From NCBI RefSeq assembly GCF_038025025.1, contig NW_027117347.1, forward strand, positions 372,001-436,000: DNA of 64,000 nucleotides. Reading direction: 5' to 3'. The notes under the pieces are model-generated. The model worked only from the letters and a program-made list of their open reading frames with translations, was not told the origin of the DNA and searched no databases. Position 1 is the first letter of the stretch. Each line of letters opens with the position of its first letter. Shown piece by piece: positions 37,001-49,700 of the stretch. This DNA comes from Phyllosticta citribraziliensis. Lineage: Eukaryota. Position numbers and translations under genes: made by a program.

Positions 37001-40000
37001 TAGCTCTATAATAAGTTTAGTATAGCTTAGGTTCTTACTACCTCTATCTATAATAAGATATTAAAATATACTATAGTAATAAATTAGCTCTTTATATAAG
37101 AAGTTAGCTACTAGGGTAGCTTTTAATAAGTATAGGATTTATCCTTTAACCTAGCTAGAAACTACTTCTTATATATTAATATAGAAACCTCTAGGTATAT
37201 AGATAATATCTATATACTATTTATTATCTAGGATTAATATTTTAAGGGATAGGTAGAGGGCCTCCTTATTATATAATAAATTATAAAATAAATAGGTCTA
37301 ATAATCTTAGTATTCTTATTTATACTTAGTCTATAGTTCTTTCTAAAAGTACTAATCTAAGACTTTCCTAAATATTCCCTCTTTAGTATAATAGCTAAAC
37401 TTATAGTATAGTTATTATACTATTTATTTTTAAATAGTAGGATTATCTACTACTTATTTTAGTAGTATATTCTTTAATAATTACTAAAATTAGTACTAGT
37501 TATAGATCTAGTACCTATAGGCCTTCTACTACTATTTCTAGACCTCTAATTATTTAACTTTAGATAAGAGTAGGCTATAGGTAATAAATTTAGCTAGGTC
37601 CTCTAATTCTTAGGAGTACTCCTTATATAGTACTCTATATAGAATAACCTCTCCTAATAGACTAGAAGGGCCTAATACTAGTATTTAATTAGCTAGTATT
37701 AACTCTCTTCTAGTCTAGGGGATAGTTAATAGAAGGTCTATAGAGCTAACTATATATATACTTAGCTATAGGGATAATAATAACTTATTAATTTTATCTT
37801 CTATCTTCTCTACTTATTTCTATAGGTCTTCCTTACTTAACTTCTTAAAGTTTAGCCTTTTTAATAGTATATCTACTACTCTATTCTTTATCCTAGTAAT
37901 ATATAGTATCTTAAAATTCTATATAGATAGCTAGCTAAGCTACTACTTAAGAACCCTACTTATTATAGATTTAGTCCTACTATTTAGGTAATCTTATAGG
38001 ATATAATAATCTATTTTAATAAGGAAGTACTATCTAAATAGCTATAGTTTAAATCTAGTAATTATATATACTAGTACTTAGTATTCTAGCTTTTTAAAGT
38101 TATAAAAGGATTCTATCTTAGATTAAATACTACTCTTATATTATACTAGATACCTAGTACTATTCTTCTCTTATATTAAAACTACTCCTTATCCTATACT
38201 ACTACTATCTATAGCTATAATAATATTACTAGTAGACTCCTCTCTATATATAATAGATACTAAGGTAGGTACTATTATAATAGCTTCCTTAATTTTAGCT
38301 ATAGCCTTATTATACTTATTTTTCTAAGTAAATAGTATATTCTTCCTTATTAGAGTATATAGTAGTACTACCTTATATAAGTACTCCTTAATCTAGTAGT
38401 AAAAATAGGTAGTTACTCCTAAGAAGCCCCTTAATAATTTAAAATCTTAGAAAGTATCCTAATTATTAATCTTATCTACTTTAGACTTAGTAGGTAGGTA
38501 TCTAAACTCTTTATATCTAAATCTAATAATTTCTACTTCTAATATACTAAAGAAGGATTTCTCTCTTAAGATTATAAGTCTAGCTAGTTCTAGGTTCTAT
38601 AGTATATTATTAATATCCTAGATATACTTAAATATAAATTACCTAACCCCTATAACTATACTTTCTATATTATTATATTAGCTCCTTTATTAGCCTCCTA
38701 TAATATTATTTATAAAAAGGTTAGCCTTATCTTATTAATTATTTAATATATATCTTAGGCTATAAACTACTTATCCTAGAGAATTAGTCCTACCTTAGAA
38801 AAGTATATAGTTATAATAGTATCTCTAGGGAGTAATAAATCTAGTAAGGTCCTAGTACTTTTTAGTAACTATAAACTAATTAAAACTAGAGTATAGGTCT
38901 ATAAGGGTATATATTACTAGGCCTCTCTAGTACTCTATATAGTTATCTATTAGTCCTAGTATACTAGTATCTTAAATAGTAATATTATTTAGTATTTATA
39001 GATTATTAATCTACCTATATATACTATTCTTCTTAGGTAAGACTATCTAGGGGTTATAATATTAACTAGAGTAGTACTTAATAATCCCTATATCTTACTA
39101 AGTAGTAAGTAAGTTATATATATATTATATTTTAGCTTATAAAATATATAATACTCTAACTCTCTAGGCCTTATATAGTATTATCCTAATAGGGAATTTA
39201 TATATTACTATTAGTTTAACTTATCCTATTTCTAAAAGGTTAAATAAGATAGTACCCTCTCTACTATATAATATTTCTAGTATTAGTTCCCTCTCTCTTA
39301 ACTAGAGGTTATCTCTAGTAATAAGGCTAGCTAGCCTATCCTATATAAGGTATATACCTAGCTAAAAGATAGAAATCCTTAGATAGAATAAGTAATTAAA
39401 TTATCCCTAGCTCTAAAGATCCCTTACTAGTATAGTAGTCTACTTAGTAATTATAGTTTCTTTAGTTTTCTACCCCTTAATTATATTTAATAACTCCTCC
39501 TATAGTATTAAGTTATCTATAGGCTCTATTTTTATACCTTTTTATTTATATACTATATACTAGTATAGGTTTTATTATCTAGTAGTATTAAGATAATTAG
39601 GAAATATCCTATACTAAGATACCCTATAATAAATAATACTCTATTCTCCTATTATATATATAGTTAAAAATATATTATCTAATACTAAATTAATATTTTT
39701 AGTATTTTATTTATTTTAATTATATAGGCCTCCTCCTAGTTAGTATAGTAATTATATACTAATTAGCCCCTAAATTATTATACTAGCTAGTTTCCTAGCC
39801 CTACTATTTATATACTATTACTACTTTAGATTCTAAGTAGACTAATATAGTATATAGTATCTTTAATACCTTTAATAAATAGGAATACCTAGTAGGTAAT
39901 AATTTCTATATAGTAGTAAGGATTAATAGGGTAGGTAAACCTTAGCTTAACTACTCTAATAGGTATAGTTTTAAATTTACTACCTACTAAGATAATCTAG

Positions 40001-43000
40001 GGTATTCCTAATATAATAGGGATAGTAGTTTAGTTATATACTAGGAAATAAGTACTCTAGGACTAATCTCCTATTTAAATAGCTAAACTTAGGATCTATT
40101 ATTTAATTTTATACTTTAAACTATTTATAAACCCTATAGTTATATTAAATCTATTAGGTAGTATATCCTATACTAGGATACTAAGTTTAGCTATAAGGGC
40201 CTTAGAAATACTATTTATATTTACTCTAGTATCTACTAGTACTTATACTATATAGCTACTAAAGGATACTAGAATAAAGGGTAATAGGATATAATAAATA
40301 ATAAGGCCCTATTATTTAGCTAATATTATAACCTCTTTATAGGTTATTAGCTTTAGCTTATAGTCTCCTTTAATAGTTATAGAATCCTCCTAACCCTTAG
40401 GTAATTTAATACTAAAGTATATTTTATATATTAATAGGTCTATAGGCTTACTATTCTAAAGAGGCTTATTATTAGGCCTATATAAAATAAAGCTCTATAT
40501 AGGTATATACTTTATAGTATATACTAAGCTAGTATATATATAGTTAAAAACTCTAGAGATAGTTTTACCCTTAGTAACTAATATATTAGTTAGTATATTT
40601 AAATATATAAAGATCCTATCTAGGAAATAATCTTCTTATTTAAATAGGTAATACTAGGAGAAGTTAAATTCTATAGATTTACTAGAAGAGTTAAATTAGT
40701 ACCCTTTAATATTATTAACTAGCTCTATATATATAGTATATAATAGCTTCTATAGGTCCTCTATTATATATAGGTATTTATTTAGTATCTATAGGTTATT
40801 ATAAAGTATTTCTTAGACCTCTTCTATAATCTTAGTACTAATAGGAGTATAAAATAACTTCTATATATTATTATATAGGCTAAGGATTCCTTTTATATAC
40901 CTAATAGTCTCCTTATTAAAGATATCTCTATATCTCTAGCTATTTAGACCTAGTTTATACTATTTATAATAGAATAGGTCTCTAAATATAATAGTTTTAA
41001 CCTAGTACTACTTAGGGGGGGCCCTTTTACTAAGTAGCTCTAGCTTATTATTCTCTAATCCCTTAAATATAATACTTAGCTTATTTTATAGGATTTCTTT
41101 AATATTAGATATATCCTTATTAGTATCCTCTATAGTTACTTTCTATAGTTTATCTATATTAAGCTCCTAAGTAGGCTCTTTACTAGAGATAGTAGATTCT
41201 TTAATATTACTACCTAGTAGACTAGTAATAGCTAGTTATCTTAGTAATTAAGGTATATTTACTAGTAGAATTATACCTAGGATATCCTTATTACATATAT
41301 TCCTAGTCTTATTAGTTATTACCTACTTAGCTATATTCCTAACTTATTTATTAATTACTATTTTATTAACTAGAGCTTATAGGATTTTAGCTCCTCTCCT
41401 CCTAGCTAGCTTCTTTAGCTTCCTTATATATTTTATAATCTTTATTAGATTTATAAAGATTATATTTCTAGAGGGTACTTTAGCCTTAAAATAGTATATA
41501 CTATATATTATCCCTTTATTATAATAGTAAATCTAATAGAAATAAGGCTAGCTATCCTCTATATTAGCCTAAGTATAACTAATCTAAGTATTCTAGCCCT
41601 AGTCCTAGTTATATTAGTCTTAGTTATATTAGCTATAGTCTAATAGTATATTATATCTAGTATTAATTTATAGTAGGGGCTAATATCCTTATAGTTCTTT
41701 ATTTATTATAGATTAAGATAATAACTCTCTCCTAGTCTAGTAGGGAGTTATTTATTATTCTAGTACTAGTAGTATTTTTAGTAAATTATTATTATTTATC
41801 TACCCCTAATATTATAAGTACTTCTTAATATCTAGCTATTTATTCTACTTATAAGTTAATATTAGCTAGCTATTAAAGTCTTAGATATATCTATTTTAAC
41901 TAATAGATATAAGACTAGTATATATAAATAGTAATAGAATAGGATAACTCCTAATTATATAGCCTATCTTATTATAACTCTAGTATTCTCCTATTCCTAG
42001 ACTTTAGTTTATATTTAAACTAGTAGGTCTAGCCCTATTATAGGAGTTAGGGTTATACTATAATTAGCCTATAGGAGTTATCCTAGGTAGTAGTAGCCTT
42101 ATTAATAGAAGGCTAGGACCTACCTATAAAGTATATTATCCTAGTAGTAGTATATACTACCTAGCTAGTTAGCCTATTTAGATAGAGCTATTATAGAGAA
42201 ATAATAACTAGATAACCCTTATATATAGGTCCTTATTACTTATAATATACCTATACTTCTTATTATCTACTAGCTATTTATAGATATAGCTAGTAGCCTC
42301 CTAGATTAATTTAATATATATCTTAGCTAGCTTATCTATTAGGTCTTTAACTATAGTATTATTACTCTTTACTAAAGGGGTCTTAGTCTTAGAGGTTAAC
42401 TATCTATTTAAAGCTATAATTATAGAGGAAGAGCTATTTAAGGATAATACTATAAGTAGTAGAAGAGATCTTAGGAGGTATCCTCTTCCTACTAATATAG
42501 GGTCTATAATATAGTCTAACCCCTTAATATAGTATATAACTATATTTATAACCTCTAGTAAGTCTATAGTATATAAGGCTATATACTATTTATATTCTAG
42601 CTAGGCCTTAATATATAACTAGAGATACTAAATATTCCTAGCCCTATAGAATAAGTACCCCTTATATAAGACCCTAGTTTATATATCTATATATAGGGTA
42701 TTAAGGAACTATATCTTTTATAGGCTTTTATTAATATATCCTTCTTCTACTACCTTATTACTAAGTATCCTATATAGCCTAAAGAACTTATCTACTTTAG
42801 AAGGGTAATAGAGGTCCTTATATCTCTTAGCTAAGTTCTTAATATAGCTCTAGTTCCTACTAATTATACTAATATCTTAGTTCTTATAGTATATTAGTAT
42901 CTAGACTTTTAGGCCTTTCTAATCTCTAGTCTTAAACTTAATAGTATAGTAGATTTCTAGGCTAATTAGGGTTTTATAATACTAAACTAGCTTTAGTATA

Positions 43001-44112
43001 AACTCTTTTAGGAGACTCCTAGCTATAGTATAAAAGTATTTATATATCTTAAGGAATAATAATATATTATCTCCCCTAAACTATAGCCTTTACTTTAATA
43101 CTAGTATCTAGCTTATTAGGATTATCTAAATTAGGGAAGCTATTCTTATATAGTATTAGTTAGCTTCTATTAGTAATAATAACTCCCTACTACTCTAGGG
43201 GAGAGTTATTTCTATAGTATCTAGTATTAGCTAATTAGCTTAGCTTAGCTATATTATTTTATTACTATCTATCCCTAATAATAGTATAATTATAGGAGGA
43301 GTATCTAGTCTAGTAAAAGGTCTAAATAAACCTATAGCTAGCCCTATACCTTATAAGGGAGCTTAAGTACTAATTACTAGTAATAAGGGTATTATAGATA
43401 GTCCTTCTTAAATAATTATAGGCCCCTACTACTAGCCCCTAGGAGAGTACCTACTACTATAAGAACTAGATTATTATCCTTTCCCTTTTTCTCCTCCTAA
43501 TATACCTCTTCCTCCTTATCTATTTCTTCCTAATCTACTAGAAGAACTTATAGTTCTTATAGGTAGGCTATTAAATTTATTATATAATTATATCTAAATC
43601 TATCTTTATAACTTATTATATAAACTACTAACCTTATAATATAATAGAATAGTCTAAGAAACTTAATAGGCCTTAATAATCTAATATCTATAATATAACT
43701 ATATAAAAATTAGAGAATTAACTATCTAGACTCATCCCCTATACTTTATAGGTAGAGATACCTAGAATAATATTATACTTAATAAAAATAAAATTAATTA
43801 AAGTTAAATAGTATAGTATTATTATTCTATAAAGTATATACTAACCTACTATAAAATTATAAGTATTAATCTTATAGCTTATATAATATCTATAAAATAG
43901 TACCTAGAATAAATAAGTAAATAATAACTAGTATAATAGTAATAACTAGTATAGTAAATATATAATAATAGGCTAGGTAGGAGAGGGTAAAATTAATAGT
44001 ACTTTATTAATAATATCCTAAAGCCTTTTACTTACCTAATTTCTACTACTATTATATATTTATATAATTAGGTAATAATAAGCTTCTAATCTATAGAAGC
44101 TATACTATAAAA

Positions 44113-44610
44113 TATAGGTAGGACTAGCTACTTACTAATATACTTACTTAGCTAGCTAAAATACCAGTGCTAGAAGAGGTATAAGAGATAGTTACTAGTA
44201 GTAAATAAGTAGGCTCTATAGGATAGGAGTAAAATAACTACTAAACTAACTAAAATAAGCTACTATCTAGCTATTATTTCATCCTTTATATAAGTAGTGC
44301 TTCTCTATAAGTAGCTATAAAAGGGGGTATATAACTAGCTAATCTACTACTAAAAATACTAATAATATAAGACCTCCTATTACTACTAAAGATACTAAGT
44401 TCACTTATACTTTTATTAGCTATTATTATTACTACTAAACTGTATAGAACTATATTTTCCTAGTATTCTAGAGCTACCTATAGTCTTGTTTTCTTACTAG
44501 CCTAATCTTCTACTTATATCTAAGCTAAAATCGCGGCTAAGAATAAGAATAATAATTGCTAAAAATAACCTTTAAAAGCTATAAAAACCGTGCCGGCTAG
44601 CAGTACTATA
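44113..44610 (-). repeat. Family B LTR (5' LTR relative to pol), 498 bp, with ~98-bp internal deletion
   Basis: Aligns with 24846-25441 except for a block missing at ~44280. Confidence 0.9.
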
Positions 44611-46298
44611 CTATTATTCTTAAGGAAGGTCTATATCTAAAGCTAATTATATAAAGTTAGATTAAAACTTCTAAAGGTCTACTAGTATATAATATACTAG
44701 TATATATAACTATTTCTTAGTATCCTTATACTTATATAGACTCTAGAGGAGGTTATCTAGGAATTTAAAGATATCCTTATTTAAAGTAACTTTATTAGAT
44801 TTTATATAAGAAGTAAGGAAAGGAGTTAAGTATTATAAGACTTCTCTACTAATATAGGAGATAATATATCCTATAATATTCTTCTTAGTTTCTTCTACTA
44901 TACTTTTAGTAAAATAATTATAATTTTATTTAATTTTATTTTAAATAAGAAGAGTCTAGTATTTATATAAGGGGTCTTCTCTATTAGTAAGAAGAGGAGG
45001 ATCTATAACCTTTCTACTCTAGTATTTCTTATTAGAAGTAGTAGAGGAGAGAGTTTTAATAGAGATCTCCCTTATATAGATAGGTAGGGTACTAAAAGTC
45101 TTTTATATCTTTCTAATAAAGGGGTTTTAGGAAAAGGTAATAGGTCTTAGGCCTTAGTTTCTAACTTCTAAGGGTCTTATTACTATATCCTTTAGATATT
45201 CTTTATAAATATTAGTATAGTTTAAGAGTATTTACTTAAGAGCCTAGCTTTATCTTTATATATAATTTAATTACTACTATACTTAAAGCTTATTTAAGGG
45301 TACTATCTTAGACTTAAATTATTTAATATCTAGATATAGTACCTTTATAAAAGCTTCTATAACTAGAGCCTTTATTATATAAGTTAGTCCTAGGTCTTAA
45401 GTATACTCTATTACTTCTACTAGATTTACTATATAGAATTTATAAAGAGAAATAGGAGAAGGTCCTTATTTATTATTAAGAGAAGGTTATCTAGGGTTAT
45501 ATAAATCTTTAATTCCTTTATATAAATCTTATTAGGTAGATTAACTAGTACTAGTACCTTTAGTAGTACTAGATATATAGGCTTCTTTATTAGCTATACT
45601 ATCTTTAATAGTCTTCTACTTAGAATATCCCTTAAGTAGGTATAGATAGGATACCTCCTAAATATTTATATACTACTCTATAGCCTTAAATAAAGACTTC
45701 TATAGTTAATATATACTTAATACTCCTTAGCTATTAGATAATACTAATATACCTAATAAGGATAACTTAGGTTTACTAGGGAAAAGTAATAAGTAGTCTT
45801 ATATAAGACTATAGCTATATATAATATTACTTAGGTTAAATATTATAATACCTTTATAGGTAATAAAATAGGATAGAGCTAATACTTAGAATAATCTTTT
45901 ATATCTATTATAACTTATAAAGTTCTTATTTTATAGGTTAGGGCTAAAGGTAAACTACTAGAGAATATATATATATCTTAATTAAATATAATAAGTTAAA
46001 AGAATAAAATATAAAAGATACTTACTTTCTATCTATTTTCTAGCCTTTCCTTTATACTTTTCTACCTTTCTAGCCTTTATATAAGGGTTAATAGTTATTA
46101 TTAGGTTATTCCTAAAGGTAAGGTATTAATAGGTTATTATACTATATCTACCTAAGGCTATAGTAGCTAGTAGTAGCCTAAAGTATAGCTAGTATTTAGC
46201 CTAAGGCTATAGTGGCTAGTATCTTATAACTATATAATACCAGGTTTATCTATACTAGCCTTAGTGCTCGCGTAGGTATATAAACGCCTATTATAATA
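44611..46298 (-). mobile_element. Second family C copy (LTR plus gag), inverted
   Basis: Reverse complement matches 20116-~21797 along its whole length. Confidence 0.9.
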
Positions 46299-46750
46299 TA
46301 AGCCTTCTAATACTATTTCTAGACTTCTAATTACTTAACTTTAGGTAGGAGTAGGCTATAGGTAATAAATTTAGCTAGATTCTCTAATTCTTAGGAGTAC
46401 TCCTTATAAAGCACCCTATATAGAATAACCTCTCCTAATAGACTAGAGGGTCCTAGTATAGGTATTTAATTAGCTAATATTAACTCCCTAGGGATAGTTA
46501 GTAGGAGGTCTATAGAACTAACTATATATATTTCCTATATAAATAGTATATTCTTCCTTATTAGGGTATATAGTAGCGCCGCCTTATATAAGTACTCCTT
46601 AACCTAATAGTAAAAATAGGTAGTTACTCCTAAGAAGCCTCTTAGTAATTTAAAGTCCTAGGTAGTATCCTAACTCTCTATATTTAAACCTAATAACTTC
46701 TACTTCTAGTATACTAAAAAAGGACTTCTCTCCTAAGATTATAAGTCTAC
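46299..46750 (-). mobile_element. Internally deleted fragment of family B pol
   Basis: Concatenation of pieces matching ~37520-37760, ~38330-38460 and ~38515-38580. Confidence 0.75.
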
Positions 46751-46758
46751 TCTACTAT

Positions 46759-49700
46759 TATAATAATCTAACTAGATATTTATAGTACTAATTTAGGTAT
46801 AAGAGTTATCCTATTACTTAGGCTATCTATATAGCTAAAGTACCTATCCCCTATAACTACTAAGCTTACTAAGCTTACCCTTAGTATCTAATAGCTATAT
46901 AGATCCCTATAGAATCTACTACTATAGGTAGTAGCTGAAGTAGTTTATAGGTATCCTTATCTATATCTACTATCTAGCCCCTAATCTATACTCCTAAAAT
47001 CTATAGACCTAATCTATATAGTAATTATAACTATAGCTAGGGGAGGAAAATAGGGGAAGACTTTATTTATTATTATTATCTATTACTATCTATTCTAGAC
47101 CCTTATCTTATTTACCTCTAGTATCTAAGAGGTAGAAGCCTATAGCCTTAGTATCCTACTTTACTCTAATCTTTACTATAGTATTATTATCCTAAGACTA
47201 TTTACTACTTAAGTACTTAGATTCTAATTAGTTATTATTATTAATATAGATTACTCTATTACTCTTAATTTCTCTATAGACCTTATATATAGCCTTATAG
47301 ATACCCTTATATATTATACTATCTTTATTATACTTATCTATAGTACTATTAGTATTAGACTTATCTTTATTATTAAGTAGGTTAGTTAAGGCTAATATCT
47401 TATTTTTAATGTTAATATTTTCCTTATTATCTAATATACTAGGGTATCTAGTTATAGATATAGCTACTAAGGGTCTACTAATCTAGGCTTACTTAGGGAT
47501 AGGCTTATTAGGTCTAGCCTTAGTCTTTATAGACTACTTCCTCTTAGTCTTAGCTATAGCTATAGGGGTCTTAGAATCCCTTATTATTATTAGTCTTTAA
47601 GCTATACTAGGGTTTATTAGTCTTCCTAGATCTAGGTATACTAGTAAATATACCTTAGTAATATAGTATAGGTCTTATAATACTAGATTTACTAGGTATT
47701 AAGGCTAAGAAGGAGCTAGGATAGAACTATAAGTTAAGGTTAATAATCTTATTAGGGTTAACTATATTAAAGATATTATTATTAGAGTTAGTAGTAGGAT
47801 ATAAGGGAGAGTATCTTTATAATCTAAATAGAGTTCTCTAATACTAATAATCTAGCTAGTTCTATACCTCTACTATCTAGTATTTCCTCTCTTATTCTAT
47901 AGTATCCTTCCTTACCTTTTCTTTAACTATCCTAGCTTTAATCTAGGCCCTAAATAGATTTACTAGATAGTACTAGGGGCCTATAGATATATAATTATAT
48001 TTATAGAGTATTAGATTATACTAGATACCTATAATATTCTACTTAGTATAGAAATCCTTAGATAGGGTAGTAGGTAATATAAATTTAACTACTTTCTATA
48101 ATAATCTAATCTTAATTATTAACTAGATAGTAAAACTATAATATAAGAGAATATAGTTATTAAGTAGTACTAGGATTATATAAGATAATAGGCCTAATAT
48201 CTAGTAAGTCTATAATTTAGTTAGATTTAATAATAGGTTACCTATACTATCTAGAGTATAGAAATACTTATTAAAGGGATAGCTATTCTCTAGACCTATA
48301 TATTAGGATATTATATAGACCTCTTCTATCTAGAGATAGTTATAAGATAGGATTTTATAGTATATTATTATATATAGTACTATTAGATCCCTAAATTAAA
48401 GTAGGTCCTTCTTTATCTATTTATAGTATATACTATTAGCTATAGTAATCCTATCTCTCTTAGAATATCTTCCTTATAGGGATTATCTATCTTCTATTCT
48501 AGATAGTAGAGTAATAACTAGCTTAACCCTATTAATATAGCTAGTAATAGTAGGTAGTATCCTAGTAATCTTCTACTTATAATTCTTTTTAATAATAAAA
48601 GATAGAGGTAATCCTATAATATTATAGTTATAGGTAGTCTTATATATAGCTTAAAAGGCCTTATTAGATATATTAGTCTAGAAATTAATATTATTAAAGG
48701 TATAGAATCCCTAGAGTAGTATTATAAAATTAGATTTATAGTGTTTAATTATATTATTATCCTTAACTTTATATTAGGGAATATAGATAGTATCCTAACT
48801 AGTCTTTATAACCTAATAGCTATTATTAAAGGTAATTAGGGCTATTTACTAGTATATAATATTAAAATAGTACTAGTATTATAAATAGGTATATACTTTA
48901 AAGTAGAGGCCTAGGACCTAGACTAGCTTAACTAGGATAAAGTACTCCTTTTTAGGAATAAGGTAGTCTAGAATCTTTTTATCCTAAGTAATAATAGGTA
49001 CTACCCTACTATTAGAAGATATATTCCTCTATTTATTAGCTTAGTAGCTCTAAGTATATTCCTTATTTAGGTCCTTACTAGGATCCTTAACTATAATAGT
49101 AGTATATATCTTATCTCCTTATAATATCTTATATTTAAAGATCCTAGTATAATAGAAGGTATCCTTAATCTTTACTATAAAAGCTCTCTTATAAAGCCTA
49201 TAATAGGGATTTAGTAAGCCCTCTATATAGGTATAGATATAATATTTACTAATATTTATAAGCTAGAGGTTACTAGCTATTAATTATCCTACTAGTAAAT
49301 AGAGCTAACCCTCTATATATAATAATAAGTTATATCTATAGGATAGAAGACTATAGATATATATAATTATAGTCTAAATATTATTAAAGAGTACTATAGA
49401 ATCTATAGTAGCTATATTAATAGTTTTTACTAGTTTATTATCCTCTTCTTTACTATAGGAGCTCTTTACTAGTAGGTAGGTAAATATAGATATTAGAGCC
49501 TTATCTTTAAATAAGAAGGATATAGTCTCTTTATATAGAGATATATTAGTATTAAGATTAGGATCCTAGTTAGGTATATTAGTAGTAGAATATTTACCTT
49601 TACTAGATTTATATTTTATAATAGTAGTAATATTATAGTTCTTAGATTTATATTTTACTTAAGCTATAATTCTAGTAGACTATCTTAGTATAAGCTAGCC

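Larger units (their letters stand above)
24846..44610 (-). mobile_element. Large Ty3/Gypsy LTR retrotransposon family B (~13 kb without the nested A copy): gag-pol ~43700-35750 plus an extra 3' ORF
   Basis: Direct-repeat LTRs at 24846-25441 and 44113-44610; minus-strand de-RIPed RT/RNase H (LTISGEKSFFG..EVEIVG...KVDKI..W...RGFLGV..YF..WIK.Y...AAPLY.L.RK, ~38300-38600) and integrase (~36200-37000). Confidence 0.8.
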
